From Verrucomicrobia bacterium UBA1200 (GTDB lineage: Bacteria > Verrucomicrobiota > Kiritimatiellia > RFP12 > UBA1067): a stretch of DNA of 55,279 nt. The stretch is from contig DBXY01000062.1 of assembly GCA_002309765.1 (NCBI GenBank), positions 13,887 through 69,165 of the forward strand. Reading direction: 5' to 3'. This document shows, in pieces, positions 9,073-18,775 of this stretch. The notes beneath the pieces were generated by a model. The model was not told the DNA's origin and ran no database searches. It saw nothing but the letters and a program-made list of their open reading frames with translations. Every line of letters starts with the position of its first letter. The first letter of the stretch is position 1. The position numbers and the translations under genes were made by a program.

Positions 9073-12000
9073 TGAAAAAAACCGCGGCCATTCTGCTGTT
9101 TTCACTGCCACTCGCCATAATCGCAACCGCGGACTGGCCGGCGATCGAACGCGATTTCCGGGAATTGCCGATGGAGGCCCGCCGCTTCACCGGACCGCTG
9201 TTTTGGCTGCACGGTGACGAAACCCCGGAACGGCTCACCGAAACCCTCCAGCGGATTTACGAAAGCGGATGCGGCAGCGTGACCCCGGAATCGCGACCCC
9301 ATTCCGACTGGCTGGGCGAGGGTTGGTACCGGGACTTGGGGCTTTCCATCGGTTTTGCGCGGCAACACGGAATGTCGCTGTTCATTTTCGACGACTATTG
9401 GTGGCCAAGCCAAATGATGGGCGGCCGCGTTCCGGAACAGTACGGCAGCAAACTGCTGGTCGCCGATGTGGCGGTTCCTGAAAACCGCAACGGGCAATGG
9501 ACGGTCTCCCGCGCAGGATTGCCGACCGAACAGGTCATCGGTATTGTCGCCGCCAAACTGGCAAACGGTAACGCCTACGATGCCGCGTCATTAAAGGAAA
9601 TCCCGGCGGCGGGCGGCGACATAACCCTGCCCGGCCAGGAGTGGCGCGCGTTGGTTTTCCGTTGGGAATTTTGCGGCAAAAAAGGCAGCCAGTGCAAATA
9701 CATTTCCGTGGACGGAGCCGACCGCGAAGCGACACAATGGTTTCTCGACCACGTTTACCAGCCGCACTTCGACCGGTTCAAGGAAGATTTCGGCAAGACC
9801 GTCCGGGGCTTCTTTTTCGATGAGCCGGAAACCGTCGGCACCTGGGGCCGCGAGGTGATGGAGGTAATCAACGAACGCGGTCTGGACTGGAAAACGCTTT
9901 TGACGGCAAAGGCGCTGCAGTTGGACGGCGAGGCGCAAACTGCCGCCGCCTACCAATACCGCGAATGCTTCGCCGAAGCGTGGGCGCGGGTGATGTACAA
10001 AGGAATGTCCGACTGGTGCAAAGCCCACGGCGTAATCTCCACCGGACATTTTATGGAACATCATAACGACTGTTTCCGCGATCAGCTTTGCGCCGGCGAC
10101 GTGCTTCATCTGATGAAGTATGTCGATATACCGGCAGTGGATTTGGTTTGCCACCAACTCTACCCCGGCGACAAAAACAAACCCTTTATGTACCAGATGC
10201 CCAAACTCGCCAGTTCGATTTCCCACATTTACGGCAAGAAGGACAATCTGGCCATGTGTGAAATTTTCGGCGGCTACGATCAGAAACTCACCTACCCCAC
10301 CATGAAGTGGTTGACCGACCACCACCAGTTGCGCGGCGTGAATTTCCTGATTCAACACTCTTTCAATCCGCGCGCCCCGTTCGACTCCGACTATCCGCCC
10401 TACTTCTATAACGGCGGCTTTGAGCCGCGTTACCCGTTGCACCGCATCTGGGCTAGCTACAACAACCGCCTTTCCAACCTGCTCACCGGGGGACGGCACG
10501 TTTGCCAAGCGGCGTTCATCCACCTCGGGCAAAGCTACCATCTGGGCAAAAACATCCGCCCGGAACAGTTGACCGCCACGCTGCAGGACGCACTGATCGA
10601 TTGCGATTATGTGCCGTTCGACGCCTGGGAATACACCGCCAGATTGGACGGCGCGGAGATCGTGCTGGCGGAGGAACGCTACCCGCTGCTGATTCTGGCC
10701 GCATGCGAAGTGATGCCGTATACCGCGCTCGAAAAGGCCCGGCAGTTCGCGTCCGGCGGCGGCGCGGTGCTGGCATACGGCATCAAACCCTCCCGCTCCG
10801 CCACCCCCGGCAAGAGTGACGCCGACCTCCGGAAATTAGCCGATGAACTGTTCGCCCTGCCCAGGATCAAGTTTATCGATTCAGAAACGCCCTCCGTAGC
10901 CGACGTTAAGAAAACCGTCTGCGACGAACTGGGAATTCGCCCAACCGCCCGAGTAATGAAGGGCGAAAGTGACGACTGGCTCCACATACTGCACCGGAAA
11001 AAAGACGGCCGCGACCTCTTTTTCATTTGTAACCAGTCGCCCGAATCAACCGCCCGCGCATTGACGCTGCGGTTTGAGGCCGCCGGATTCCCCGAATGCT
11101 GGGATGCGATGCGCAACGAAATTTCCGTGCCGGACTATTCCCGCGTTGACGACCGCACCGTGGACATTAAACTGACTTTGGCGAAATTCGAAAGCACCGT
11201 TCTGGTGTTTTCCGACACCGCCCGTACCGGATCCGGACGCGGCGCGCGGAAAGCGACGCTACTGGTGCGGCGTAATCCAGTGTCGCCGGCAGACGTGAAA
11301 AAGCAAGAAACGTTAAAACTGGGCTTTGATGGTTCCGCTTGGATCTGGCCCGCCGCCAATGCCGCGCATGATGTGCCAAGCGGCACCAATTATTTCCGCC
11401 GCGTTTTCGAGATTCCGGCGAACCGTAAGATCGCATCGGCGGAACTCCGGATAACCTGCGACAACGCCGCGACGCTGTGGCTCAACGGCGAAAAGATCGG
11501 CACCAGCGATTTGCGTTATGAGGGCTGGAAATCGCCGCGGCGGTTCGACCTCGCCAAACAATTGCGTACGAGCGGCAACGTGCTGGCCGTCGAAGGCATA
11601 AACTGGCAAAACGATCAAGCCAACCCCGCCGGGCTGCTGATCAAACTGAACATCCGTTTTGCGGACGGCGGATCAATGGCGGTTGCCACCGACGCCGACT
11701 GGCGGTGCCTCCGCTCCGTCCCGAAAGGACAATGGACAGCCCTCAAATTCGACGACTCCGCATGGGAACGTCCCGAATCGGTCATCGCATACGGGAAAGG
11801 ACCGTGGGGGCGCAATTTGGAAACGGAGCGGCTGGCCATCAGTCCCGCTCCGGCGGCTGATCCTTTCGAGGCGGAAGTGGAAATCGCACCGGAATGGCTA
11901 AAGCCCGGCTTAATGGTCGATCTGGAATTTGCGGAAGTTTACGAAGATTCGGCGCTGGTCACCATCAACGGGCAAGACGCGGGGGGCTTTATCGGCAAAC

Positions 12001-12113
12001 CGTTCAGGCTCAGGGTTGACCGTTTCCTTAAGCCCGGCGCCAACCGGTTGAAGATCGAACCCTACGCCCCCCATGCGGTTCAACTGACTTTGCGGGAAAT
12101 CAGGCAACCATAG
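9072..12113 (+). CDS. Secreted glycoside hydrolase, GH106 (alpha-L-rhamnosidase)-like
   Basis: Signal peptide; PLFWLHG, FDDYWWPS, GFFFDEP, CEIFGG, LRGVN, YPP motifs; C-terminal beta-sandwich (ITCDN..LWLNG). Confidence 0.7.
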   Translation: MKKTAAILLFSLPLAIIATADWPAIERDFRELPMEARRFTGPLFWLHGDETPERLTETLQRIYESGCGSVTPESRPHSDWLGEGWYRDLGLSIGFARQHGMSLFIFDDYWWPSQMMGGRVPEQYGSKLLVADVAVPENRNGQWTVSRAGLPTEQVIGIVAAKLANGNAYDAASLKEIPAAGGDITLPGQEWRALVFRWEFCGKKGSQCKYISVDGADREATQWFLDHVYQPHFDRFKEDFGKTVRGFFFDEPETVGTWGREVMEVINERGLDWKTLLTAKALQLDGEAQTAAAYQYRECFAEAWARVMYKGMSDWCKAHGVISTGHFMEHHNDCFRDQLCAGDVLHLMKYVDIPAVDLVCHQLYPGDKNKPFMYQMPKLASSISHIYGKKDNLAMCEIFGGYDQKLTYPTMKWLTDHHQLRGVNFLIQHSFNPRAPFDSDYPPYFYNGGFEPRYPLHRIWASYNNRLSNLLTGGRHVCQAAFIHLGQSYHLGKNIRPEQLTATLQDALIDCDYVPFDAWEYTARLDGAEIVLAEERYPLLILAACEVMPYTALEKARQFASGGGAVLAYGIKPSRSATPGKSDADLRKLADELFALPRIKFIDSETPSVADVKKTVCDELGIRPTARVMKGESDDWLHILHRKKDGRDLFFICNQSPESTARALTLRFEAAGFPECWDAMRNEISVPDYSRVDDRTVDIKLTLAKFESTVLVFSDTARTGSGRGARKATLLVRRNPVSPADVKKQETLKLGFDGSAWIWPAANAAHDVPSGTNYFRRVFEIPANRKIASAELRITCDNAATLWLNGEKIGTSDLRYEGWKSPRRFDLAKQLRTSGNVLAVEGINWQNDQANPAGLLIKLNIRFADGGSMAVATDADWRCLRSVPKGQWTALKFDDSAWERPESVIAYGKGPWGRNLETERLAISPAPAADPFEAEVEIAPEWLKPGLMVDLEFAEVYEDSALVTINGQDAGGFIGKPFRLRVDRFLKPGANRLKIEPYAPHAVQLTLREIRQP

Positions 12114-12125
12114 TTGGAGCAATTT

Positions 12126-12761
12126 ATGTCCGCCCCCCTGATCACGTATACCGTCGGCTGTCTGGCGTTGATCGCCAAGCCCGGCCCGGATTTGATGTGT
12201 ACCCTCGCCACGGCGCTGTCCGAAGGCCGCCGCCGGGCGATTATGCTGATGACCGGACTGATTGCCGGCTGCTGGTTGTGGGTAGTGCTGCTGACCGTCG
12301 GCGCGGCGACCTTCTTCACCGGGCATCCCAAAGTGCTGACCGCCATCCGTGTTGTCGGTATGGCGTACATCGGCTATTTGGCGTTGGGCGCGCTCCACGA
12401 GGCATGGGTGGGGTTTCGCGGCAATGGGGACCACGCAAAATTGAACGGCGCCAGCGAAACCGGATTCGCCCTTTTCAGGCGCGGAATCATCATGTCGATG
12501 AGCAATCCGCTCACCATCCTGTTTTTCCTGGCCTTTCTGCCGCATTTCATCGTGGCGGAATCCACCATTCCGCCGTCGATCCAAATCCTGCTTTTAGGCA
12601 CGTTTTTCTGCGCCCTGGTTCCGGTGATTTATCTGCCGGTGATCTTCGCTGCCGACGAATTCCGGGTGTGGCTGGCGAAAGAAACCCGATTCCCGGCCAT
12701 CCTGAAACTGATTTCGGGACTGATCCTGCTGTCGGTAGTGGCATGGCTGGCTTTCAGTTGA
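12126..12761 (+). CDS. LysE-family amino-acid exporter
   Basis: PGPD motif, GMAYIGYL, SNPLTILFFLAFLPHF; six hydrophobic segments. Start set at ATG 12126. Confidence 0.9.
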   Translation: MSAPLITYTVGCLALIAKPGPDLMCTLATALSEGRRRAIMLMTGLIAGCWLWVVLLTVGAATFFTGHPKVLTAIRVVGMAYIGYLALGALHEAWVGFRGNGDHAKLNGASETGFALFRRGIIMSMSNPLTILFFLAFLPHFIVAESTIPPSIQILLLGTFFCALVPVIYLPVIFAADEFRVWLAKETRFPAILKLISGLILLSVVAWLAFS

Positions 12762-12828
12762 GAAAGCGGGGCAAGGTTCCGCGGGAACATTCGGCAATCC
12801 CCGCGACGGTCGGCGTACCGCGCTTAAA

Positions 12829-14085
12829 CTATTTCGCGCTCGTATATTTGATTATCCCCCACAAAGCGTCATGCTCGGTGCGGTCGGCATAATCGAATTT
12901 CTCGTAAAACGTCCAAAACGGCGCCCAGTTGCGGTCAACCGCCGGCGCGTATCGGATCGGCATCAGTTCCAGCGCCCGCAAGTGGCTGTCGCCGTTGGCT
13001 CGGGTCAGCTTGGAATAGAACGGCCAAATGCGCAGATAATCCTCCTCCAGCGTCAAACGGCCCTCTTGGTTTTTGCGGTATGTCTTCTGGTTCATGTAAA
13101 AAGGGAACACCGAACAGCGTTCCGTGCGCTTGCCGCGGGAATCCAGGGAAAACGCCGAAATCAACGGCCATGCCGCATAGCACCGGAACTCGTCCTCCGA
13201 GCGCGTATCCCCGTAGAACGGCCAGTAGGAGCGCTTCTGCTCACGAGGGGATTTGACCGTCTCGTAAAACGGCCACGGCAACCGCCAGCGTTCCGTCTGG
13301 TCGGCGGTGGCGTGGGAGAAAAACGGCGGCAAAACCAGAGTCTGCTGTTCGCGTTCCCGGTCAACCCGCCCATACAACGGCCAAAGCATCCACGACTCGC
13401 CGGTGTTGGCCCCGGATTCATTGATGGCGGAGGTCCAAAACGGCCAAAAGGCGTACTTTGACGACACCCCCTTATACTTACGCTCCCCGTAAAACGGGAA
13501 CACCCCGGTGCGGGTCTCGCCGACCTCGTTGTCGCGCCGCTGGAAAATCGGCCACAAATAACTCCGCCGCTCAATTCCGTTCACTTCGTAATTCATGTAA
13601 ATCGGGAAAAGCGTGAAGTCGATATCGTCCATCAGCAAAATATGGGGGACGTGGCCGTAAAACGGAAACAGCGCCCAGTAATCCTCGCCCTCGCGGGTAC
13701 GGCCCTGGCAATACAGCGGAAACAGCACCGCTTTCCATCCGGAGTCCTCGTCATAAATGTTGTCGTTCGAACCGTAGGCGATTAATGCCGCGCGCCACCA
13801 CGACTCTTCGCGGTCGCGGTGATAGGTATAGAACGGCCAGACGATATCGTCAATGTGGGTCTTGGAGACTTCGGGGTCGTGCACCCGGGCGTAAAAAGGG
13901 CGGATTGCCCAGAAGACCCCGCCCCCGTTGGTTTTCTTGAACTCGAAAAACGGTCCGATTCTCAATCTGGAAACCACGGTGTCGGGCGCGTCGCCGGAGA
14001 CGGCAACCGCCTCACCCCGGACGGAAAACGCCGGGATTTGCACGGCCAGCGCGGCGGCCAGCAATAATTTGGCGCAGCTAAACAT
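12829..14085 (-). CDS. Secreted aromatic-rich repeat protein ((L/F)(W/F)PF(Y/F) repeats)
   Basis: Signal peptide; recurring PFY/PLY/PIF motifs about every 18-20 aa; GGAG RBS before ATG 14085. Confidence 0.75.
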   Translation of the reverse strand: MFSCAKLLLAAALAVQIPAFSVRGEAVAVSGDAPDTVVSRLRIGPFFEFKKTNGGGVFWAIRPFYARVHDPEVSKTHIDDIVWPFYTYHRDREESWWRAALIAYGSNDNIYDEDSGWKAVLFPLYCQGRTREGEDYWALFPFYGHVPHILLMDDIDFTLFPIYMNYEVNGIERRSYLWPIFQRRDNEVGETRTGVFPFYGERKYKGVSSKYAFWPFWTSAINESGANTGESWMLWPLYGRVDREREQQTLVLPPFFSHATADQTERWRLPWPFYETVKSPREQKRSYWPFYGDTRSEDEFRCYAAWPLISAFSLDSRGKRTERCSVFPFYMNQKTYRKNQEGRLTLEEDYLRIWPFYSKLTRANGDSHLRALELMPIRYAPAVDRNWAPFWTFYEKFDYADRTEHDALWGIIKYTSAK

Positions 14086-14095
14086 GGCAGTCTCC

Positions 14096-14130
14096 AAAAA
14101 AAAGACCGTTCCCCGGCTGGAGAACGGTCA
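14096..14130 (-). terminator. Rho-independent terminator after rplT
   Basis: GACCGTTC/GAACGGTC stem followed on the minus strand by a T run. Confidence 0.75.
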
Positions 14131-14148
14131 TAACGAACCGTCAGACGG

Positions 14149-14502
14149 CTACGCCAACGCGGCGCGTGCCTTTTCGATGAACTTCTTGAAACCTTCGGGA
14201 TCGGAAATCGCGATCTCGGAAAGCATCTTGCGATTCACTTCGACACCGGCCTTGGTCAACCCCTCAATAAAGCGGCTGTAGGACAATCCTTCCGCGCGGG
14301 TCGCGGCGTTGATACGGGCGATCCAAAGCCGCCGGTAATTGCGCTTGCGGAGCTTGCGGTGGATGGTGGACAGCACTTGCGCGCGATCCACGGCCTCGGT
14401 GGCCTGACGAAAAGTTTTGCTGCGAAGGCCGCGGAACCCTTTGGCGAGTTCCAACCGGCGACGGCGGCGTTCTCTCGAAGCGGGTGCGTTAGTAGCTCTC
14501 AT
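14149..14502 (-). CDS. rplT: 50S ribosomal protein L20
   Basis: AKGFRG, RKRNYRRLWIARINA, SYSRFI, NRKMLSEIAI. Confidence 0.98.
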   Translation of the reverse strand: MRATNAPASRERRRRRLELAKGFRGLRSKTFRQATEAVDRAQVLSTIHRKLRKRNYRRLWIARINAATRAEGLSYSRFIEGLTKAGVEVNRKMLSEIAISDPEGFKKFIEKARAALA

Positions 14503-14518
14503 TGAAACTTCTCCTCAG

Positions 14519-14713
14519 TTAAACCTGCATCATGCGCTTTACGGTTTTGACGTTCGAATCGTCAACACTGGTTAACCCACGGAGATTGCGCTTGCGCGCG
14601 CGCGGCTTGTACCCGTTGATGTGGGACTTGCCGCCCTGAGTGCGAAGCAACTTACCCGTGGCCGACATTTTAATCCGCTTGGTGGCGGATTTCTTGGTCT
14701 TCATTTTAGGCAT
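14519..14713 (-). CDS. rpmI: 50S ribosomal protein L35
   Basis: [18 protein letters not shown]; directly upstream of rplT. Confidence 0.97.
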   Translation of the reverse strand: MPKMKTKKSATKRIKMSATGKLLRTQGGKSHINGYKPRARKRNLRGLTSVDDSNVKTVKRMMQV

Positions 14714-14810
14714 TTTCTTATCCTTCCTTAATTGAAGCCGAACCGAACAGGGTAGCCAGCCTGTAAAAGCCCGCCCGGTTCATAATTTCGCCTACTCCGG
14801 CGAAAGGAAG
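14714..14810 (-). promoter_or_regulatory. Structured 5' leader of rpmI-rplT (candidate autogenous control element)
   Basis: Hairpin TTTCGCC/GGCGAAA (14786-14805) and nested stems GAACCG/CGGTTC with ACAGG/CCTGT (14740-14781). Confidence 0.45.
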
Positions 14811-14912
14811 TTATATTTATATCAAAAACGGCGGCTAAGGTAAAGTCGAAAAAACCTCTTGGAAGAAAAAAAACTTAAATGCGAAATGCGGGCAACTTTT
14901 TCCGTTTCCGGG

Positions 14913-14941
14913 TTGACTTGGCAACAAATAAATGTTACATT
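14913..14941 (+). promoter_or_regulatory. Sigma70-like promoter for rubredoxin-rubrerythrin
   Basis: TTGACT-N17-TACATT. Confidence 0.6.
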
Positions 14942-14948
14942 CAAGCGC

Positions 14949-15119
14949 ATGGTTCCCCATGGGTGCAGCATCTGCGCGGTATGCGGCGAGGCGGACGTTT
15001 TTGAGCCGCCAAGCGGTGTCGCCGGGGCGGAGTGCGGGTCGGGGGAATAGGTTTACGGCGTAGAACTGCGGCTTTCGGGCGTGTGCCGCGAATGCCGAAC
15101 AAGAAAGGCAACACAATGA
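14949..15119 (+). pseudogene. Fur/PerR-family regulator remnant (C-terminal Zn domain, internal stop)
   Basis: Reads MVPHGCSICAVCGEADVF...[24 protein letters not shown]. Two CxxC motifs spaced as in the Fur/PerR C-domain; TAG at 15048; no N-terminal HTH; final TGA overlaps the rubredoxin ATG. Confidence 0.65.
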
Positions 15120-15250
15120 AATACGTTTGCAAAATCTGCGGATACGAGTACGACCCGGCGGAGAACAACGGTGTCGCGTTTGAAGACCTTCCCGATGATT
15201 GGGTTTGCCCGCTTTGCGGCGTCGGCAAGGACGAGTTTGTGGCGGCTTAA
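15116..15250 (+). CDS. Rubredoxin
   Basis: [13 protein letters not shown]...[20 protein letters not shown]; GAAAGG RBS. Confidence 0.95.
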   Translation: MKYVCKICGYEYDPAENNGVAFEDLPDDWVCPLCGVGKDEFVAA

Positions 15251-15264
15251 AAACGAGGTGCAAC

Positions 15265-15798
15265 ATGGATTTGAAAGGATCCAAGACGGAGCAGAATCTG
15301 GCGTTCGCGTTTGCCGGCGAATCCCAGGCCCGCAATAAATACGACTACTTCGCCTCGCAGGCGAAGAAGGACGGCTACGAGCAAATCGCGGCGCTCTTCC
15401 AGGAGACCGCGCTGAACGAAAAGGAACACGCCAAGCTGTGGTTCAAGCATCTCGGCGGCATCGGCGACACCGCGAAGAATCTGGCGGCGGCGGCGGCCGG
15501 CGAACACGAAGAGTGGACCGAGATGTACAAGAAGTTTGCCGAAGAGGCCCGCGCCGAGGGTTTTGAAGCCATCGCCCGCCAGTTCGAAGGCGTGGCGGCG
15601 GTTGAGAAACACCACGAGGAACGCTATCTCAAGCTGTTGGAAAACATCGAGAAAGGCGAAGTCTGGGAACGTATCGGCCCGAACCGCTGGCAGTGCCGCA
15701 ATTGCGGCGCGATCATCGAGGGCGAGCAGGCCCCGAAAGTTTGCCCGGTGTGCTTCCACCCGCAGGCCTACTTCCAGATCGAGGCGCAGAACTACTAG
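15265..15798 (+). CDS. rbr: Rubrerythrin
   Basis: [27 protein letters not shown] diiron motifs; C-terminal CRNCG...CPVC. Confidence 0.96.
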   Translation: MDLKGSKTEQNLAFAFAGESQARNKYDYFASQAKKDGYEQIAALFQETALNEKEHAKLWFKHLGGIGDTAKNLAAAAAGEHEEWTEMYKKFAEEARAEGFEAIARQFEGVAAVEKHHEERYLKLLENIEKGEVWERIGPNRWQCRNCGAIIEGEQAPKVCPVCFHPQAYFQIEAQNY

Positions 15799-15830
15799 CC
15801 GCCGTCTGGTTTACGCCGGATTTGGCGCAT

Positions 15831-15875
15831 AAAAAAAGGACGTGTAACGCATGGTGCTACACGTCCTTAATTTTT
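15831..15875. terminator. Bidirectional rho-independent terminator
   Basis: AAGGACGTGTA/TACACGTCCTT stem flanked by A run and T run between convergent genes. Confidence 0.8.
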
Positions 15876-15882
15876 ATCGTTC

Positions 15883-17289
15883 TCAAGGACCGACGGGATG
15901 CGGCACCGGCATCGCCAGCAACATCAGCCAGGCAACAATGCCGCTCACCAACCCCACGAAAGCTCCGATCTTGATCCAGTCGCCGAATTTCACGGGATGA
16001 TAGCCGTGTTTCTCAAGGAGACCGGAGGCGACAATATTCGCGGTGGAACCGACAACGGTGATGTTGCCGCCGTAGCATGCGCCGAAAAGCAGCGCCCACC
16101 ATAGCACCGAATACTCCGACGACATCTTCATCAGCTCCTGCACGACAGGGGTAAAGGATGCCACGAACACGATGTTGTCCACGAACGCCGACCCGAGCGA
16201 GGAAATCAGTATCACCAGCGGGATCATCCCGTTGGGACCGCCCTTGACGTGCTGCGTAAGATTGGTGGCCAAGTTGGCGGTGATGCCGTTGGTGCTGAGC
16301 GACGCGGAAATCGAGAAGAGAAGCATGAAGAAGAGAAGCGTCCACCATTCCACTTCGTGTTCCACGTAGTGGCGGGCGCGCGAAGGGCGGAGCATCATCA
16401 GGATTCCCGCCACCACAAGAGGCGTCATGATCAGGAACGCGTTGTGGTTATCTGCCCCCTCCAGGCCAAGCAAACCCTCGATCTGGTGGTGGAACGCGAT
16501 CACGACGACCGTGGAAAGCAACACCACTAGACCGGCCTTGTAGGGAATCTTCGCGGTCGGGCCTAACCCCGTCTTGCGATGGGCGTCCATGGCTTCCGAC
16601 ATCATACGGATGTCTTTGCGGAACCAGAACACTGTGATCAGAAACGTGCAGCACAGCGCGGCGAACGCGACAGGTGTTGCGCCCACGAGGAACTGAGAGA
16701 AGGTAAAGCCGGCCTTGTTGCCGATGAAGATTCCCACGGGGTTGCCGAGCATCGTCGCGGATGAGCCGATGTTGGTGGCCATTACGGCTATGAGTACGAA
16801 CGGGTGCGGACGGAGCTTCAGCGTTTCGCACACCTGGAACACCAGCGCTAGCACGACGACGATGGACGACACCTCATCAACCACGGACGCCATCACCGCC
16901 GAGAGCACGCAGAGTATCGCAGTGAACGACACGCCCGTCATCTTGTTTCTGCTGATGATGGCCTGGATCACCCATGTGAGGAAGCCCAGGTCTTTCAGCA
17001 CCCCCACGATGATCATCATGCCCACAAGGAACAGAATGATGTCAAGCTCCGTGCCGATAAGCATCTGCTTGAGAGTCATCGCCTTGCAGCCCACCAACAA
17101 CGCCACGCCTAAAAACGCCACGCCGACGCGGCGCTCCCAGAAAAGGAGCGTGGTGGAGATGACAGCGGAAAACACCGCAAGCGTGAGCGCCTGAGTGACG
17201 TTCGTCGCGAGTCCGGCTTCGAGACCGCCGAACGTCACGCCGCACACGATAAGAATCTGAATAAGAAACTTTGGGTTGAAAAATTTCAT
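15883..17289 (-). CDS. ArsB/NhaD-like (ion transporter superfamily) permease
   Basis: Many TM helices; ATNIGSSATMLGNP, SAFVDNI, GGNITVVGSTANIV. Confidence 0.88.
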   Translation of the reverse strand: MKFFNPKFLIQILIVCGVTFGGLEAGLATNVTQALTLAVFSAVISTTLLFWERRVGVAFLGVALLVGCKAMTLKQMLIGTELDIILFLVGMMIIVGVLKDLGFLTWVIQAIISRNKMTGVSFTAILCVLSAVMASVVDEVSSIVVVLALVFQVCETLKLRPHPFVLIAVMATNIGSSATMLGNPVGIFIGNKAGFTFSQFLVGATPVAFAALCCTFLITVFWFRKDIRMMSEAMDAHRKTGLGPTAKIPYKAGLVVLLSTVVVIAFHHQIEGLLGLEGADNHNAFLIMTPLVVAGILMMLRPSRARHYVEHEVEWWTLLFFMLLFSISASLSTNGITANLATNLTQHVKGGPNGMIPLVILISSLGSAFVDNIVFVASFTPVVQELMKMSSEYSVLWWALLFGACYGGNITVVGSTANIVASGLLEKHGYHPVKFGDWIKIGAFVGLVSGIVAWLMLLAMPVPHPVGP

Positions 17290-17298
17290 GACGTCCGA

Positions 17299-18216
17299 TT
17301 ACTCCCTGAATATCTTGTTGAGGAATTCCGTAAGCTTCACAATGCCCACGAGCTTGCCTTTGTCGCGCACGTAACAGTTGGAACTTTTGTGCTTCATCAT
17401 CTCGCAGGCGACCTGAACGGCTGGGCTGTCGGGAGACACGACCGGATATTTGTCGTCCATTATCAAGGCGAGCGGCGTGTTGTGTTCGTTGTCGAGAACC
17501 TGCACGAACGGCTCGAAGTCGAGAATGGAGGAAAGGTCGTCCATCCAAAGGAAATGTTCGGGAATGCAGGCCCGCAGCAGATTGTCGGCGCAAACCACAC
17601 CCTTAAGATTTCCGCAGGTGTCGATCACGGGCAGTTCTGAGGCGTGCTCCGATATAAGGGTGCTTATGCACGTCTGCAGAGTGCCGTCGGCGCTGAGCGA
17701 GCAAAAGTCCCGCGTCATTATGTCCGCCGCCGTGAGAAATCTAGGCAGATACGCCTTGCCGCTCTCGAAAAAACGGAATATCTCGCCGGCGCTCATCATT
17801 CCCGCGACCAGATTGATATTGTTCGGATCGCCGAACGTCGTGCCGAGCCCGCGAAGCACCTTCAGGTACAACGCCGGCTGGTCACGGGGAATCAGCACCA
17901 TGAACACCACATGGACTTTGGCCGACACGTCCGGAAAATCAAACCCCGGCTTGCTGGTTGCCACCGCCGCAAAGGGCTGCGATATCCCGTCGATACGGGC
18001 ATGGGGAACCGCCAAACCGTCGGTAATCACCGTCGAGCCCATTTCCTCGCGCGCCAGCACCTCGTTGGTCAGTTTTTCGACATCGCCCAGCTGGTGGCGC
18101 TCGGCAAGCCGACGGACAAGCTTCTGAATAACGCCGTCGTGCGAGCTGTCGCCGCAGTTCGGCAAGACATCCTCGACATTGAAAAACGCCGTCAAATTAA
18201 GCCGTTGTTGTTTCAT
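17299..18216 (-). CDS. PTS EIIA domain + tandem CBS domain protein
   Basis: REEMGSTVITDGLAVPHAR EIIA motif; TAADIMTR, LPVID..GNLKGVV and KGKLVGIV CBS motifs; GAGGAG RBS before ATG 18216. Confidence 0.85.
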   Translation of the reverse strand: MKQQRLNLTAFFNVEDVLPNCGDSSHDGVIQKLVRRLAERHQLGDVEKLTNEVLAREEMGSTVITDGLAVPHARIDGISQPFAAVATSKPGFDFPDVSAKVHVVFMVLIPRDQPALYLKVLRGLGTTFGDPNNINLVAGMMSAGEIFRFFESGKAYLPRFLTAADIMTRDFCSLSADGTLQTCISTLISEHASELPVIDTCGNLKGVVCADNLLRACIPEHFLWMDDLSSILDFEPFVQVLDNEHNTPLALIMDDKYPVVSPDSPAVQVACEMMKHKSSNCYVRDKGKLVGIVKLTEFLNKIFRE

Positions 18217-18494
18217 GGCTTTTCTCCTCATCTGTGTTAGGATACGAATTTTAGTCTTTCGGTTTACAATATGCAAGGGTAAACTGCCCCCGCCCGGGTT
18301 TTTGAACAGAGGGTACATTTTTGCTCTTGCGCCGGAAAGGTGTGGTTTATATTTCTACTTTATCGATGATTTTTTTGAGATTTAGTCGGAATATAACGAT
18401 AATTTGGCTTATCCATTGACTTTATCGCACCTCGTCCGGCCAAAAAATGGAATTTTTATATTTCATTCGCCATAAAAGTAAATTTCTGTTCATG

Positions 18495-18580
18495 CTCTTT
18501 GAAATGGTGTAGTTTTTATTGTTCCAAGCCTCTTGAAATGGTGTATGTTTTCGATGTTGAAGCCTCTTGATTTGGTGTAG
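18495..18580. repeat. Three direct repeats with 34-bp period (TTGAAATGGTGTA core)
   Basis: Cores at 18499, 18533 and 18567 (last TTGATTTGGTGTA). Confidence 0.8.
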
Positions 18581-18775
18581 ACACTATTGGCCGCCCAATG
18601 TATGGAACAGGCAACCAGGAAGCACCTTTGATAAAAAATTATGAGGTGCGCGTCATATTATATTATGCCGCTCCTTCCTTTTGGCAGATCGGATTTGCCA
18701 TAGACATTAAGGAGGTACTGTTTTTTTTCTGAAACAACTTGACCATACTGCTTCTTCCGTTTAAAATTTCGTGCC

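Noticed and set aside
18495-18580. Mini-CRISPR interpretation of the 34-bp and 33-bp triple repeats
   Set aside because: Period too short and intervening sequence partly conserved; no cas genes.
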